Notes: generated from the sequence alone by a model not told the origin. DNA of 25,503 nt from Caedibacter taeniospiralis (GCF_002803295.2 NZ_PGGB02000006.1:65519-91021), one strand, 5' to 3'. Positions 1-11,517 are shown, numbered from the stretch's first letter. Numbers and translations: made by a program.

Positions 1-204
1 TTAACAGGGGTTGATATTATGACGTTAAGACAACAATGGGAAGAAAAGGCGCAGCAGCAAGGAGCCATGTTAAAGGCACAAGAAACAGCGCGTAATTTAT
101 TTAGCATGAGTTTATCGGATGAACAGGTGGCAAAAGCGACGGGTCTTGATATGGATATCGTGCTGAAATTAAAATACGAAGCTGGTAATAGGACGAAACA
201 TTAG
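1..204 (+). CDS. C-terminal fragment resembling Rpn family recombination-promoting nuclease/putative transposase (PD-(D/E)XK), probably truncated by the left window edge
   Basis: The frame is open from base 1 (LTGVDIMTLRQQWEEKAQQQG...LSDEQVAKATGLDMDIVLKLK). The coiled 'WEEKAQQQG' stretch followed by 'LSxEQVAKATGLxxxxVxxLK' resembles the usual C-terminal tail of Rpn-family proteins. The catalytic domain is not in the window. Confidence 0.5.
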   Translation, partial: LTGVDIMTLRQQWEEKAQQQGAMLKAQETARNLFSMSLSDEQVAKATGLDMDIVLKLKYEAGNRTKH

Positions 205-334
205 CCTGAACCCCATAGGGTATATGAGAGGGTTGAAGCGGCGCTACCATCTGAAAATAATCTGTAGTCAATACGCCACTTGAGTGTAGGCTGTGATTAT
301 GTCTTACATCAATTTAAAGAACAGGAAGTGTAAC

Positions 335-622
335 ATGGCTATCTCACGGCAGGAATTAGAACATATCTTGGCGCTTTCCAAATTAAGTGCAAATCAGCAA
401 GAGCTGGTGCGGTTTGAAGAAGATCTTAATCGCATTTTGACTCTGTTTAGTAATATACAATCTGTTGATACAGAAGATGTAAAGCCTATGATCTCACCAT
501 TAACGAACCACGGTATCATGCGCGATGACACGTCGTGCTCTCAGCAACATGAGCATGAGTTTCAGGCAATTGCACCTGAATATCAGGCGCACTATTTTAT
601 CGTTCCTAAAGTGATTGAGTAA
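335..622 (+). CDS. gatC: Aspartyl/glutamyl-tRNA amidotransferase subunit C
   Basis: MAISRQELEHILALSKLSANQQELVRFEEDLNRILTLFSNIQSVDTEDVKPM is a typical GatC sequence; immediately upstream of gatA. ATG at 335 is preferred over the longer ORF start at 293. Confidence 0.95.
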   Translation: MAISRQELEHILALSKLSANQQELVRFEEDLNRILTLFSNIQSVDTEDVKPMISPLTNHGIMRDDTSCSQQHEHEFQAIAPEYQAHYFIVPKVIE

Positions 623-636
623 GGGATTTTAACCAT

Positions 637-2088
637 ATGAGTATTTTACAGCAGCTGCGTAACAAGCTCGACAATAGAGAGTTAAGCGCACTCGAGCTGA
701 CACAATCTTATTTAAAGGAAATAAAGTACAAAAACCAGGCTTTAAATGCGTTTATTTCCGTTAATGAAGCTCAGGCGTTAAGCATTGCTAAACGCGCCGA
801 TAAAATCATCAGCGATAAGAAACAGGCACTTTTAACGGGACTGCCTATCGTGCACAAAGATAATCTATGTACGGATGTTTTAACAACAACCTGTGCTTCC
901 AGAATATTAAGCGATTATAAGTCCCCGTTCAACGCCACGGTTGTCGAAAAACTTGCCAGCCAAGACATGATTTTGTTGGGCAAAACTAATATGGATGAAT
1001 TTGGCATGGGTTCAAGCAGCGAAAACAGCTATTTTGGCAGTGTTAAAAATCCCTATGATTTAAGCTGTGTTCCAGGAGGGTCCTCAGGCGGATCAGCGGC
1101 AGCCGTTGCCGCGGGGTTGAGCCCTTTTGCTACAGGAAGTGATACAGGGGGGTCGGTCAGGCAACCTGCAAGCTTTTGTGGGATCACTGGCATGAAGCCA
1201 AGTTATGGGAGCTTATCGCGCTACGGTTTGGTGGCCTATGGCTCGTCATTTGATCAAGTTGGGGTGCTGGCGCACTATGCGATAGATTGCGCTTATTTAT
1301 TACAAGCCATGGCAGGTCAAGATGAGAAAGATGGTACAAGCGTTGGCACGAGTGCAGATTTTTTCACCAGGACGATACAGCAAGACTTGTCAGGCTTATC
1401 GATTGGGATTGATGAAGCACTCATTGCCGATTTATCCGCAAAAGCGCAAAGCTTATTGCAAGATTGTCTTGAGATCTATAAAAAACAGGGCGTCAGAGTT
1501 AAGAGTATCAAGCTACCTGATTTGAAACCTGCCGTGTCAAGTTATTATATTCTGGCTCCTGCTGAGGCAGCAACAAACCTGGCACGCTTTGACGGTGTGC
1601 GTTACGGCTATCGAAGTAAAAAAGCGAATACTCTCGATGAGCTGTACATTAATAGCCGTACCGAGGGTTTTGGAAGAGAAGTCAAACGGCGCATTGTGAT
1701 TGGTAATTATGTATTAGCGGCAAGCCAGTATGAGGCGTATTATCACAAGGCGCAGCAGGTGCGCAGCAAGTTAAAGCAGGATTTAGATCAAATCTATCGG
1801 GAAGTGGATATGATTTTGTTGCCGACAGCAGCGACAACCGCACCTAAGCTTGGTGCTCAAACCGATCCAGTGAGTACCTATTTATCAGATATGTATACCC
1901 TGATTGCTAATTTAACTGGAGCTCCTGCGATTTCTTTTCCAATTGGGATGATCGACCATTTACCCTTTGGAGCGCAATTAATGTCCAAAAACTTTAAGGA
2001 CCACGTCTTGTTACAGGCGGTTAGCGAGTTTCAGCGTAAGACAAATTTCCACCAGCCAAGACAATTATTACAGGGGGGCTGGGCATGA
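637..2088 (+). CDS. gatA: Aspartyl/glutamyl-tRNA amidotransferase subunit A
   Basis: Amidase signature with Gly/Ser-rich motif PGGSSGGSAAAVAAGLSPFATGSDTGGSVRQPASFCG; GLPIVHKDN; LLPTAATTAP; 483 aa. Confidence 0.98.
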   Translation: MSILQQLRNKLDNRELSALELTQSYLKEIKYKNQALNAFISVNEAQALSIAKRADKIISDKKQALLTGLPIVHKDNLCTDVLTTTCASRILSDYKSPFNATVVEKLASQDMILLGKTNMDEFGMGSSSENSYFGSVKNPYDLSCVPGGSSGGSAAAVAAGLSPFATGSDTGGSVRQPASFCGITGMKPSYGSLSRYGLVAYGSSFDQVGVLAHYAIDCAYLLQAMAGQDEKDGTSVGTSADFFTRTIQQDLSGLSIGIDEALIADLSAKAQSLLQDCLEIYKKQGVRVKSIKLPDLKPAVSSYYILAPAEAATNLARFDGVRYGYRSKKANTLDELYINSRTEGFGREVKRRIVIGNYVLAASQYEAYYHKAQQVRSKLKQDLDQIYREVDMILLPTAATTAPKLGAQTDPVSTYLSDMYTLIANLTGAPAISFPIGMIDHLPFGAQLMSKNFKDHVLLQAVSEFQRKTNFHQPRQLLQGGWA

Positions 2089-3500
2089 GTTATGAGATGG
2101 TCATTGGGCTTGAAGTTCATGTGCAGCTAAAGACCAAAGCAAAAATTTTTTCTAATGCCGCAAGCCTTTATGGGCAGCCTCCAAACACGCAAGTAAGCTT
2201 TGTGGATGTTGCACTACCAGGGACTTTACCTGTGGTTAATAAAAAAGCGATTGAAATGGCGATAAAGTTTGGCGTCGCGGTTGATGCGATGATTTCAAAA
2301 AACAGTTTTTTTGCGCGTAAAAACTATTTTTATCCTGATCTGCCAAAAGGCTATCAAATCAGTCAATCACATAACCCTATTGTGCAAAATGGCAAACTCA
2401 ATATTCAGACAAGTAAAGGGGCAAAAATCATTCGTATTGAAAGGGCGCATCTTGAGGAAGATGCTGGTAAGTCCGTGCATGACTTTATCGGTGAGCAAAC
2501 AGGTCTGGATTATAACCGTGCGGGCACCCCTCTTTTAGAAATCGTGACACATCCTGATTTTCGTAGTGCCGAAGAAGTTGTTTGTTATTTGAAGGACCTG
2601 CATCAAGTCGTCCAGCACTTGGGGATTTGCGATGGTAATATGCAGGAAGGATCGTTTCGCTGTGATGTTAATCTCTCGGTACGCAAAGAAAATGAGTCCT
2701 TAGGCACAAGAGCAGAGTTAAAAAATATCAACTCATTTCGCTTTATCGAAAGTGCGATTCACTACGAGTACCAGCGCCAGGTTAAGCTCCTGGAAAAAGG
2801 CGAAAAAATCACCCAGGAAACGAGGCTTTATGATGCGGATAAAAATGAAACTCGCAGCATGCGCAGCAAGGAAAATGCATTTGACTACCGCTATTTTCCT
2901 GATCCTGACTTATTGCCTATGATGATTTCAACAGAGGAAATAGAGGCGATCAAGGCAGATATGCCAGTGCTGCCAAAGGTGCGTGAGGAGGCCTATGCCA
3001 AAGTCTTAAATGACGATGAAGTAAGCTTTTTAATGGATAATCCAGACGTGGCTGATTACTACGACAGGCTTGCCGCAAGCCTGGCTCCCAGAGTTGCTTA
3101 TAACTGGGTAGCCGTTGAACTCCAGGCATTATTTAATAAAGCGCAAACAGCCTTTAATCCAGATAGTGTGCCCGTGGCAATCGTCCATGAGATTATTCAA
3201 AGTATCGAAAAGGATGAAATTTCTCTAAAATCGGCTAAAGCGGTATTGCAAAGCTATTTTGATAACTCTCAGTCTATCCAGTGGATTATCGATCAGCTTG
3301 GGGTGCGTCAACACAATGATGCAAAATTAGTTGAAGCTCTGGTTGATGAGGTTATGGTTCAAAATCCAACGCAGGTTCAGAATTACCAAGCTGGTAACGT
3401 TAAACTTCTGAGTTTCTTTGTTGGTCAGGTGATGAAAAACAGTAAAGGCAAAGCCAACCCCAAACAAGTGAATGAAGTTTTGATAAAGAAACTAGAGTAG
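2085..3500 (+). CDS. gatB: Aspartyl/glutamyl-tRNA amidotransferase subunit B
   Basis: MSYEMVIGLEVHVQLKTKAKIFS, YFYPDLPKGYQISQ and the C-terminal GatB/YqeY domain (FVGQVMKNSKGKANPKQVNEVLIKKL); overlaps the gatA stop by 4 bp (ATGA). Confidence 0.98.
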   Translation: MSYEMVIGLEVHVQLKTKAKIFSNAASLYGQPPNTQVSFVDVALPGTLPVVNKKAIEMAIKFGVAVDAMISKNSFFARKNYFYPDLPKGYQISQSHNPIVQNGKLNIQTSKGAKIIRIERAHLEEDAGKSVHDFIGEQTGLDYNRAGTPLLEIVTHPDFRSAEEVVCYLKDLHQVVQHLGICDGNMQEGSFRCDVNLSVRKENESLGTRAELKNINSFRFIESAIHYEYQRQVKLLEKGEKITQETRLYDADKNETRSMRSKENAFDYRYFPDPDLLPMMISTEEIEAIKADMPVLPKVREEAYAKVLNDDEVSFLMDNPDVADYYDRLAASLAPRVAYNWVAVELQALFNKAQTAFNPDSVPVAIVHEIIQSIEKDEISLKSAKAVLQSYFDNSQSIQWIIDQLGVRQHNDAKLVEALVDEVMVQNPTQVQNYQAGNVKLLSFFVGQVMKNSKGKANPKQVNEVLIKKLE

Positions 3501-3561
3501 TCTTTAAAAAATCGCAAAGTGCGGAACTCCAGCAAGTGAGCAATGAAATAAAAGAGGTTGA

Positions 3562-5286
<1,725 letters not shown>

Positions 5287-5297
5287 AGAGCAGGGAG

Positions 5298-5537
5298 TTA
5301 TAATTTATCCTGGTCCAAAGGAGGGTTGTTTTTTACGTTTTTTTCGAGAAAATTAATGAAGTCTGCAGTTGAAAGCCTTGTTGTATTTTTGTTTAGCCTG
5401 TAGGTGACTTTAGCAAGTGCTACTCGCTCAGAAACAGCACTCATAATAAACTGATTCATTGAAACACCCTCGGATGCAGCGATCTGTTTTAGATCATCAT
5501 AAATTGAATTAGGTAATCGTAACGCAAAATTAGCCAT
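5298..5537 (-). CDS. Ribbon-helix-helix/HicB-like antitoxin
   Basis: 79 aa, MANFALRLPNSIYDDLKQIAASEGVSMNQFIMSAVSERVAL is an RHH-type DNA-binding signature; overlaps the PIN-domain gene by 8 bp. Confidence 0.8.
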   Translation of the reverse strand: MANFALRLPNSIYDDLKQIAASEGVSMNQFIMSAVSERVALAKVTYRLNKNTTRLSTADFINFLEKNVKNNPPLDQDKL

Positions 5538-5943
5538 GGTTGATCTCCTTTAACACGTTTAAAAATTGCTGGGGTGTGACAACTTCAAGATTGAAACTTT
5601 TTGCACCCTTGAAGTCCTTCACGTTGTGTGTGATAAGATAGTCCGCTGGTGCGTTTATGGCGGCTTCTAAGACCATCTCATCTTTGTCATCACAGCCAGT
5701 GGGGCGGTATCTGTATGCAATGAGTATTTTTTCAGAACAGTCTATGTATGATCGCAAAAATTGATCAATAAAATAATGATCAAACTGTCTTTTTAAAACC
5801 GCTTCATATTCGCATATTAGACTGACAGATATGCACGTTATTACGGTCTCTTGTGCAAGAATAGTGGTCAGTATTTTATAGGATGCCCCATTTTTCGAGT
5901 AGAGTGCACTGTAGACAACATTTGTATCTAAGACTACTTTCAT
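5530..5943 (-). CDS. PIN-domain toxin component (COG1569-like putative toxin-antitoxin toxin)
   Basis: MKVVLDTNVVYSALYSKNGASYKIL...SLICEYEAVL...DDKDEMVLEAAINAPADYLITHNVKDF contains the ordered acidic PIN motifs. The ORF extends to 6024, but the ATG at 5943 gives the canonical N-terminus. Confidence 0.85.
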   Translation of the reverse strand: MKVVLDTNVVYSALYSKNGASYKILTTILAQETVITCISVSLICEYEAVLKRQFDHYFIDQFLRSYIDCSEKILIAYRYRPTGCDDKDEMVLEAAINAPADYLITHNVKDFKGAKSFNLEVVTPQQFLNVLKEINHG

Positions 5944-6116
5944 TATTTCAGCAGGCTCCTGTTGGGTTTTAATGGGCATTATAGATAAGTTTTCCGTTTG
6001 TTTCAATATTGTATGTAATATCATTCTAGTTTTAACAATGCTTATAAAAATATAAAACGTGGCAAGTGTTTGCAGCTAAATATGTAAAATGATTTTAACC
6101 TTGCAGTAGCAATGGT

Positions 6117-6132
6117 AACATGGCGCCATGTT
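6117..6132. promoter_or_regulatory. 16-bp perfect palindrome upstream of cysS; possible operator
   Basis: AACATGGCGCCATGTT, perfectly self-complementary, 24 nt before the cysS ATG. Confidence 0.3.
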
Positions 6133-6156
6133 GAGTTTCCAAGCCAAAGCTATCCT

Positions 6157-7551
6157 ATGAGTATTTACTTACATAATTCTTTATCGGGTAAAAAGGAATT
6201 ATTTACCCCTATCACACCAAAAAAATTAAAAATGTATGTCTGTGGTATGACAGTATATGACGACTGCCATATCGGGCATGCGCGTACACAGATCGCTTTT
6301 GATGTGATCGTGCGTTATTTTCGCTTTTGTGGATTTGATGTCACTTACGTACGCAATATTACCGATATTGATGACAAAATCATTAAGCGTGCCAACGACA
6401 ATGGCGAATCAACGGATGCTTTAGTTGAGCGTACGATCAAGAGCATGTATGACGATTTGGACCGATTAAATATTTTGCGACCTGATTTCGATCCTCGAGC
6501 AACTGAAACTATTCCTGAGATGTGCAAAATGATTGAAGTATTGATTAACAAAGGCTTTGCATATGCCGGTGGTAATGGTGATGTCTATTATCGTGTGGAA
6601 AAATTTGAGGGTTACGGTAAGCTCAGTAAGCAAAGCCTGGAACATTTACACATTGGTGCACGAATCGAAAGTAATGAAGATAAACAAAATCCATTGGACT
6701 TTGTGCTCTGGAAAGCTTCAAAACCCCATGAACCAAGCTGGGAGTCTCCCTGGGGCAAGGGACGCCCTGGCTGGCATATTGAATGCTCAGCGATGTCTAA
6801 GAAATTACTGGGGGATCATTTTGACATTCATGCAGGAGGGTCGGATCTAAAATTCCCCCATCATGAAAATGAAGTTGCGCAATCAGAGGCGGCTAATAGC
6901 TGCACTTTTGCCAATTACTGGCTGCATTCGGGAATGGTGCAGGTCAATGAAGAGAAAATGTCAAAGTCACTAAATAACTTTTTTACTATCAAAGAAGTGC
7001 TCGCAGAGTACCATCCTGAAGTCGTGAGATTCTTTCTAATCTCAGGGCAATATCGTAGTGAGATCAACTATTCAAAAGAGAATTTATCCCAGGCAAGGTC
7101 GGCATTAGAGCGTCTGTATACGGCAGTTCGGGGCATTGAGATTGATGAAACAACTACTTTGCCAGAGGATAGGGAAAAGTATATCGATGAGTTTAAAGCT
7201 GCGATGAATAATGACTTTAATACGCCAGAAGCTTTGCCTGTTTTATTCGCTTTGGCTCGGGAAATTAATAAACACCGTCACGATGACATGAATCAAGCGG
7301 CGAGCTATGCCAGGCTTTTATTGATGCTTTCGGGGGTGTTGGGACTTTTACATTGTCCTGTAGAGGAGTATTTTAAGAACAGTGGCGACAGGACTTTGGC
7401 GAATGATGAAATTGATAAGTTAATTGCACAGCGAGTGGCTGCGAAAAAAAACAAAGATTATCGCACGGCTGATGCTATTCGTGAAGAGTTAGCTAAAGCA
7501 GGGATTCTGTTGGAGGATACCCCAACAGGCACTGTGTGGAAAAGAGGATAA
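6157..7551 (+). CDS. cysS: Cysteinyl-tRNA synthetase
   Basis: YVCGMTVYDDCHIGHARTQIAFDVIVRYF (HIGH region), GRPGWHIECSAMSKKLLG, HHENEVAQSEA, EEKMSKSLNNFF (KMSKS). Start set at ATG 6157 (MSIYLHNSLSGKKE). Confidence 0.98.
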   Translation: MSIYLHNSLSGKKELFTPITPKKLKMYVCGMTVYDDCHIGHARTQIAFDVIVRYFRFCGFDVTYVRNITDIDDKIIKRANDNGESTDALVERTIKSMYDDLDRLNILRPDFDPRATETIPEMCKMIEVLINKGFAYAGGNGDVYYRVEKFEGYGKLSKQSLEHLHIGARIESNEDKQNPLDFVLWKASKPHEPSWESPWGKGRPGWHIECSAMSKKLLGDHFDIHAGGSDLKFPHHENEVAQSEAANSCTFANYWLHSGMVQVNEEKMSKSLNNFFTIKEVLAEYHPEVVRFFLISGQYRSEINYSKENLSQARSALERLYTAVRGIEIDETTTLPEDREKYIDEFKAAMNNDFNTPEALPVLFALAREINKHRHDDMNQAASYARLLLMLSGVLGLLHCPVEEYFKNSGDRTLANDEIDKLIAQRVAAKKNKDYRTADAIREELAKAGILLEDTPTGTVWKRG

Positions 7552-7591
7552 AAAAGTAGGCTTAGACAAAATTTCCACCCATTTTTGCAAA

Positions 7592-7608
7592 GGCGTATGC
7601 AATACGCC
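7592..7608. repeat. Short perfect hairpin in the cysS-prmB spacer, possibly part of a dispersed REP/MITE-like element
   Basis: GGCGTAT (7592-7598), loop GCA, ATACGCC (7602-7608). An outer CCCAT (7578-7582)/ATGGG (7627-7631) pairing is also possible. Confidence 0.45.
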
Positions 7609-7671
7609 CCTACGCAATGCGCCATCATGGGCGAAAATATTGTCATCGCCAAAAAGTAAAAGGGGAATAGC

Positions 7672-8637
7672 ATGAGTGATGTGTTTGGCACAGATGTTAA
7701 TGTTGATGCACTGGCACAGGATTTACATACGATAAGAGATTATTTACGTTGGGCGACAAGTCGTTTTTTAGAAGCTGAGCTTTTTTATGGACATGGTACA
7801 GATTCAGCATGGGATGAAGCCGTACATCTGGTATTGCAAGCGCTTTACCTGCCTTTGGGTATTGATAATCGAATTTTAGATGCGCGATTAACGCATGTTG
7901 AGCGTCAGAAAGTTATTAAATGGGTGTATCGTCGTGTGGTTGATCGTGTGCCTTTGCCCTATCTTACAAAAGCGGCATGGTTTGCGGGGATGAAGTTTTA
8001 TGTTGATCAACGAGTCATTGTTCCACGCTCACCCATAGGCGAGCTTATCAGGAATGAGTTTGAACCATGGGTGAATCATCATAGGGTGAAGCGCGTGCTT
8101 GATTTGTGCACTGGCAGTGGTTGTATTGGTATTGCAGCGGCACATGTATTTGAAGAAGCAGAGGTTGTATTGACTGATATTTCGGAGGATGCCCTAGTGG
8201 TCGCCGATAAAAATATTAAGCTTCATAATTTGGAGAATAGAGTTAAAGCGGTGCATTCAGATTTATTTGATGCACTACCACAAGAGCAGAAATTTGATCT
8301 CATTATCTCAAATCCCCCTTATGTAGATAGCGAGGATCTCGCGTCTATGCCTGAGGAATATCTAAAAGAGCCTGCACTTGCTTTAGGATCTGGCGAGGAT
8401 GGCTTGGATATCACTCGCAGAATTCTTATCGAAGCGATCAATTATTTAAGCGAAGATGGTCTCTTGATTGTTGAGGTCGGAAATAGCCAGCCTGCTTTGC
8501 AGGAAGCATTTCCGAGTGTGCCATTTACCTGGTTAAGTTTTGAGGATGGCGGTGATGGCGTATTTTTACTCACGCAAAAAGAGCTTCTAAGCTATAGGCA
8601 GGAATTTGAATCAGGGTGTAAATATGCCAGGCAATAG
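7672..8637 (+). CDS. prmB: 50S ribosomal protein L3 N5-glutamine methyltransferase
   Basis: [29 protein letters not shown] motif, [15 protein letters not shown] (NPPY motif); 321 aa; followed by overlapping aroC. Confidence 0.93.
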   Translation: MSDVFGTDVNVDALAQDLHTIRDYLRWATSRFLEAELFYGHGTDSAWDEAVHLVLQALYLPLGIDNRILDARLTHVERQKVIKWVYRRVVDRVPLPYLTKAAWFAGMKFYVDQRVIVPRSPIGELIRNEFEPWVNHHRVKRVLDLCTGSGCIGIAAAHVFEEAEVVLTDISEDALVVADKNIKLHNLENRVKAVHSDLFDALPQEQKFDLIISNPPYVDSEDLASMPEEYLKEPALALGSGEDGLDITRRILIEAINYLSEDGLLIVEVGNSQPALQEAFPSVPFTWLSFEDGGDGVFLLTQKELLSYRQEFESGCKYARQ

Positions 8638-9685
8638 TTTGGGACGCCTCTTTAAAGTGACCACCTTTGGCGAAAGTCATGGCGTGGCTTTGGGTGCAAT
8701 TATTGATGGATGCCCTCCTGGGCTTGAATTAAGTGAGAACGACTTGCAAACAGAACTGGATCGACGAAGACCAGGTCAGTCAAAGTTCACCACACAGCGC
8801 AAAGAGCTGGATCAAGTGAAAATTCTCTCGGGTGTGTTTGAAGGAAAAACGACAGGAACCCCCATTGGTTTGATCATTCAAAACACTGATCAGAAGTCAA
8901 AGGATTACGGTGAAATCAAAGATCAGTTTCGCCCGGGACACGCCGATTTTACGTATTTTCATAAATATGGCATTCGTGACTATCGTGGTGGTGGAAGAGC
9001 TTCGGCAAGAGAAACAGCAATGCGCGTGGCAGCAGGCGCGATTGCAAAAAAAATCTTAAAAGAGAAATTTGATAGTGAAATTTTTGCCTATGTTTCACAA
9101 ATAGGTGATATTGAGCTTGGTTTTAAAGATAAAGCTTTTATTGCGCAAAATCCTTTTTTCTGTGCCGACCCAGATAAAGTTCCAGCACTTGAGGAGTTGA
9201 TGCAATCCATTCGTAAACAAGGAGACTCCATTGGCGCTAAAGTCAATCTCGTGGCAAGAAATATTCCTATTGGTTTTGGTGAGCCTGTGTTTGGGCGCTT
9301 AGATGCGGAAATTGCCAAGGCACTCATGAGTATTAATGCGGTGAAAGCCGTAGCAATTGGTGATGGCTTTGAGGTGGTAAAACAAAAGGGTAGCGAGCAT
9401 CGCGATGAGTATATTAAAGGCGAAGGATTTATCAGTAATCATGCAGGTGGTATTTTAGGAGGAATTTCCTCGGGACAAGAAATCTTAGCCAGCATTGCTT
9501 TTAAACCAACCTCAAGTATTTTGATCCCTGGGCGCTCAATTGATATTTATGGAGAAGCCTGTGAAGTCATCACGAAAGGCAGACATGATCCTTGTGTGGG
9601 AATTCGTGGTGTGCCAATTGCTGAAGCGATGCTGGCACTTGTCCTCGTTGATCACTATTTGCAGCATAAGGCGCAGAATTTATAG
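8624..9685 (+). CDS. aroC: Chorismate synthase
   Basis: [80 protein letters not shown]. Start set at ATG 8624, overlapping the prmB 3' end. Confidence 0.98.
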   Translation: MPGNSLGRLFKVTTFGESHGVALGAIIDGCPPGLELSENDLQTELDRRRPGQSKFTTQRKELDQVKILSGVFEGKTTGTPIGLIIQNTDQKSKDYGEIKDQFRPGHADFTYFHKYGIRDYRGGGRASARETAMRVAAGAIAKKILKEKFDSEIFAYVSQIGDIELGFKDKAFIAQNPFFCADPDKVPALEELMQSIRKQGDSIGAKVNLVARNIPIGFGEPVFGRLDAEIAKALMSINAVKAVAIGDGFEVVKQKGSEHRDEYIKGEGFISNHAGGILGGISSGQEILASIAFKPTSSILIPGRSIDIYGEACEVITKGRHDPCVGIRGVPIAEAMLALVLVDHYLQHKAQNL

Positions 9686-9700
9686 TTCGCTCTTGCTGGG

Positions 9701-10762
9701 CTATGAGCGTAAATCTGCTCCAATAGATGCCAGGCGCTTCTTCAGGCTTGGATGTGTTGAAAACATATCCGCCATGCCGCCAGAGGCAAATCTCGCACTT
9801 GCGGGATCATATAAGTAAGAGGCGCGACGCATGCGCTCGTTACTATTGTGCGCATAGCCTTGTGCAGTTTGTGGTTCACTGTGGTTTTGGCTGATTTTAA
9901 TGAGCGCGCTCGCCATGGGCTTGTTATCACGCATTAATTCCACGGCTCCAGCATCAGCCATATATTCACGCGTGCGACTTAAAAACAGCATCATCATGCT
10001 GGTGATAATTGGTAAGATAAAGCGTAAAAGCATAATGACCATGAGAATAATCGCCATCGCATTACCACCACTGTTATTATCGCGGCGACCGCGGTTGCTG
10101 CCGAATAAAGTGGAGTAAAATAAAAACTCAATCATAAACATCAACATATTCGACAGTACGACGGTAAAGAGGTTGAGCTTAATATCCTGGTTGCGAATAT
10201 GCGTTAATTCATGTGCCATCACCGCTTGGAGTTCATCGCGATTTAAGCGATTGGCTAAAGCCCGTGTCACCGCTACCATAGAGGATTTTTCCGAAAACCC
10301 CGAGGCGAACGCATTCATATAGTCAGCTTCGATTAGATAGACCTTTGGCATATAGGGCATACCTGCCGCAATCTTCATCTCTTCGACAACGTTGTAAATT
10401 CTCTGGCACAAAGGATCTGGATCACTGAGGTGAATTTCACGATATTTCGTGCCAGAAAGCATGATTTTATCGTAGCAGCTAAAGGTGGCAGTAAGCCAGA
10501 TAAACGCAATGACGCTTGAAATGATGGTTGCCCATGGGGTGAGTTTTAAGGTTGCAATGAGATAGGCTATGTCACTAAAGCTTAGGCGATAACTGCCATA
10601 GGTCAGCATGACGCCATATTGCTCATAGCGCCACACAAGGTCGATAAAAAAGCCCAGGGCAAAAAATATAATCAGAAAAAATGCGATAACAATATAAGAC
10701 TTTCGGGTATTTTTTTTGACAACTTCGCGCCAGTCAACGCTATTAATATCAATAGCCGCCAT
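9701..10762 (-). CDS. htpX: M48 family membrane metalloprotease, HtpX-like
   Basis: VMAHELTHIRNQD (HExxH), two N-terminal hydrophobic segments, LSRTREYMADAGAV; adjacent to lemA. Confidence 0.85.
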   Translation of the reverse strand: MAAIDINSVDWREVVKKNTRKSYIVIAFFLIIFFALGFFIDLVWRYEQYGVMLTYGSYRLSFSDIAYLIATLKLTPWATIISSVIAFIWLTATFSCYDKIMLSGTKYREIHLSDPDPLCQRIYNVVEEMKIAAGMPYMPKVYLIEADYMNAFASGFSEKSSMVAVTRALANRLNRDELQAVMAHELTHIRNQDIKLNLFTVVLSNMLMFMIEFLFYSTLFGSNRGRRDNNSGGNAMAIILMVIMLLRFILPIITSMMMLFLSRTREYMADAGAVELMRDNKPMASALIKISQNHSEPQTAQGYAHNSNERMRRASYLYDPASARFASGGMADMFSTHPSLKKRLASIGADLRS

Positions 10763-10765
10763 GGG

Positions 10766-11344
10766 TTATAGCTCAACTCGACTATCTTCTAGCGTTTGGC
10801 GTTTTTCATCACTGACCTGCCAGTAGATGAAGTTCTCATCAAGTTTGCTCTTGAACATGTTGACAACCATTCCTGCAATCATCGATTTTTTGTGTGCATT
10901 ATATTTCTCGATACTGTCGTTAAATGCCTGCTTGGAAAAAGCGAGTTTATTTTCGGTTGAGGTAATTTCCTCTTGTAATTGCATAACGTTCTGATTGGCT
11001 TTTAAATCGGGGTAGTTTTCAAATTGAACGTTTAAACTGCCTGCAATTTTCGAGATCTCATTTTCAGCCGCCATGCGCGTTTCCGCATCCCCCTGTGCTT
11101 TGGCGTGGATTGCCTGGTTTCTTAAGGCTGTGACATCCTTTAAGGTGGTTTGCTCATAGTCCATGTATTTTTTGACGACATTGATCAGTGATTCAAAGAC
11201 TTTGCCGCGTCGATCTAATTGCACATCAATCTGACGTTCAGAGTTTTTAACGGCTTCTATTTCCGCGATCAGGCTGTTGTAAGTCATCAAAACATAAATA
11301 AAGATCAATGCTAAGATGACGACGATAATAATGAGGGCAGTCAT
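10766..11344 (-). CDS. lemA: LemA family protein
   Basis: N-terminal TM followed by YNSLIAEIEAVKNSERQIDVQLDRRGKVFESLINVVKKYMDYEQTTLKDVTALR and AENEISKIAGSLNVQFENYPDLKANQNVMQLQEEITSTENKLAFSKQAFNDSI, characteristic of LemA. Confidence 0.93.
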   Translation of the reverse strand: MTALIIIVVILALIFIYVLMTYNSLIAEIEAVKNSERQIDVQLDRRGKVFESLINVVKKYMDYEQTTLKDVTALRNQAIHAKAQGDAETRMAAENEISKIAGSLNVQFENYPDLKANQNVMQLQEEITSTENKLAFSKQAFNDSIEKYNAHKKSMIAGMVVNMFKSKLDENFIYWQVSDEKRQTLEDSRVEL

Positions 11345-11489
11345 GGTATAAACTCCTAAAATAAATTGATTACTAAATTATCAAGCACGCATAATTTGCC
11401 ACGTATGTTGCTGGCATTCAAGTTTAATGTGTTTCATAATGGCGGTATTTTTAAGGTGGTGAGACTATATTTCCGTCCATTACTTGAGT

Positions 11490-11517
11490 GTGAGTGTGAC
11501 ACTGATTACTCACACCG
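11490..11517. promoter_or_regulatory. Inverted repeat GTGTGAGT-N12-ACTCACAC between divergent lemA and carboxylesterase genes; possible operator
   Basis: Perfect 8-bp arms at 11490-11497 and 11510-11517. It contains a nested AGTGT-G-ACACT palindrome. Confidence 0.35.

Noticed and set aside
7458-7691. Minus-strand 77-aa ORF across the cysS-prmB spacer
   Set aside because: Overlaps the 3' end of cysS antisense and the palindromic spacer, with no recognisable domain.
9686-9712. CGCTC...GAGCG pairing at the aroC/htpX convergent junction as a terminator
   Set aside because: The stem is only 5 bp with a 12-nt loop and lacks a T-tract; too weak to call.
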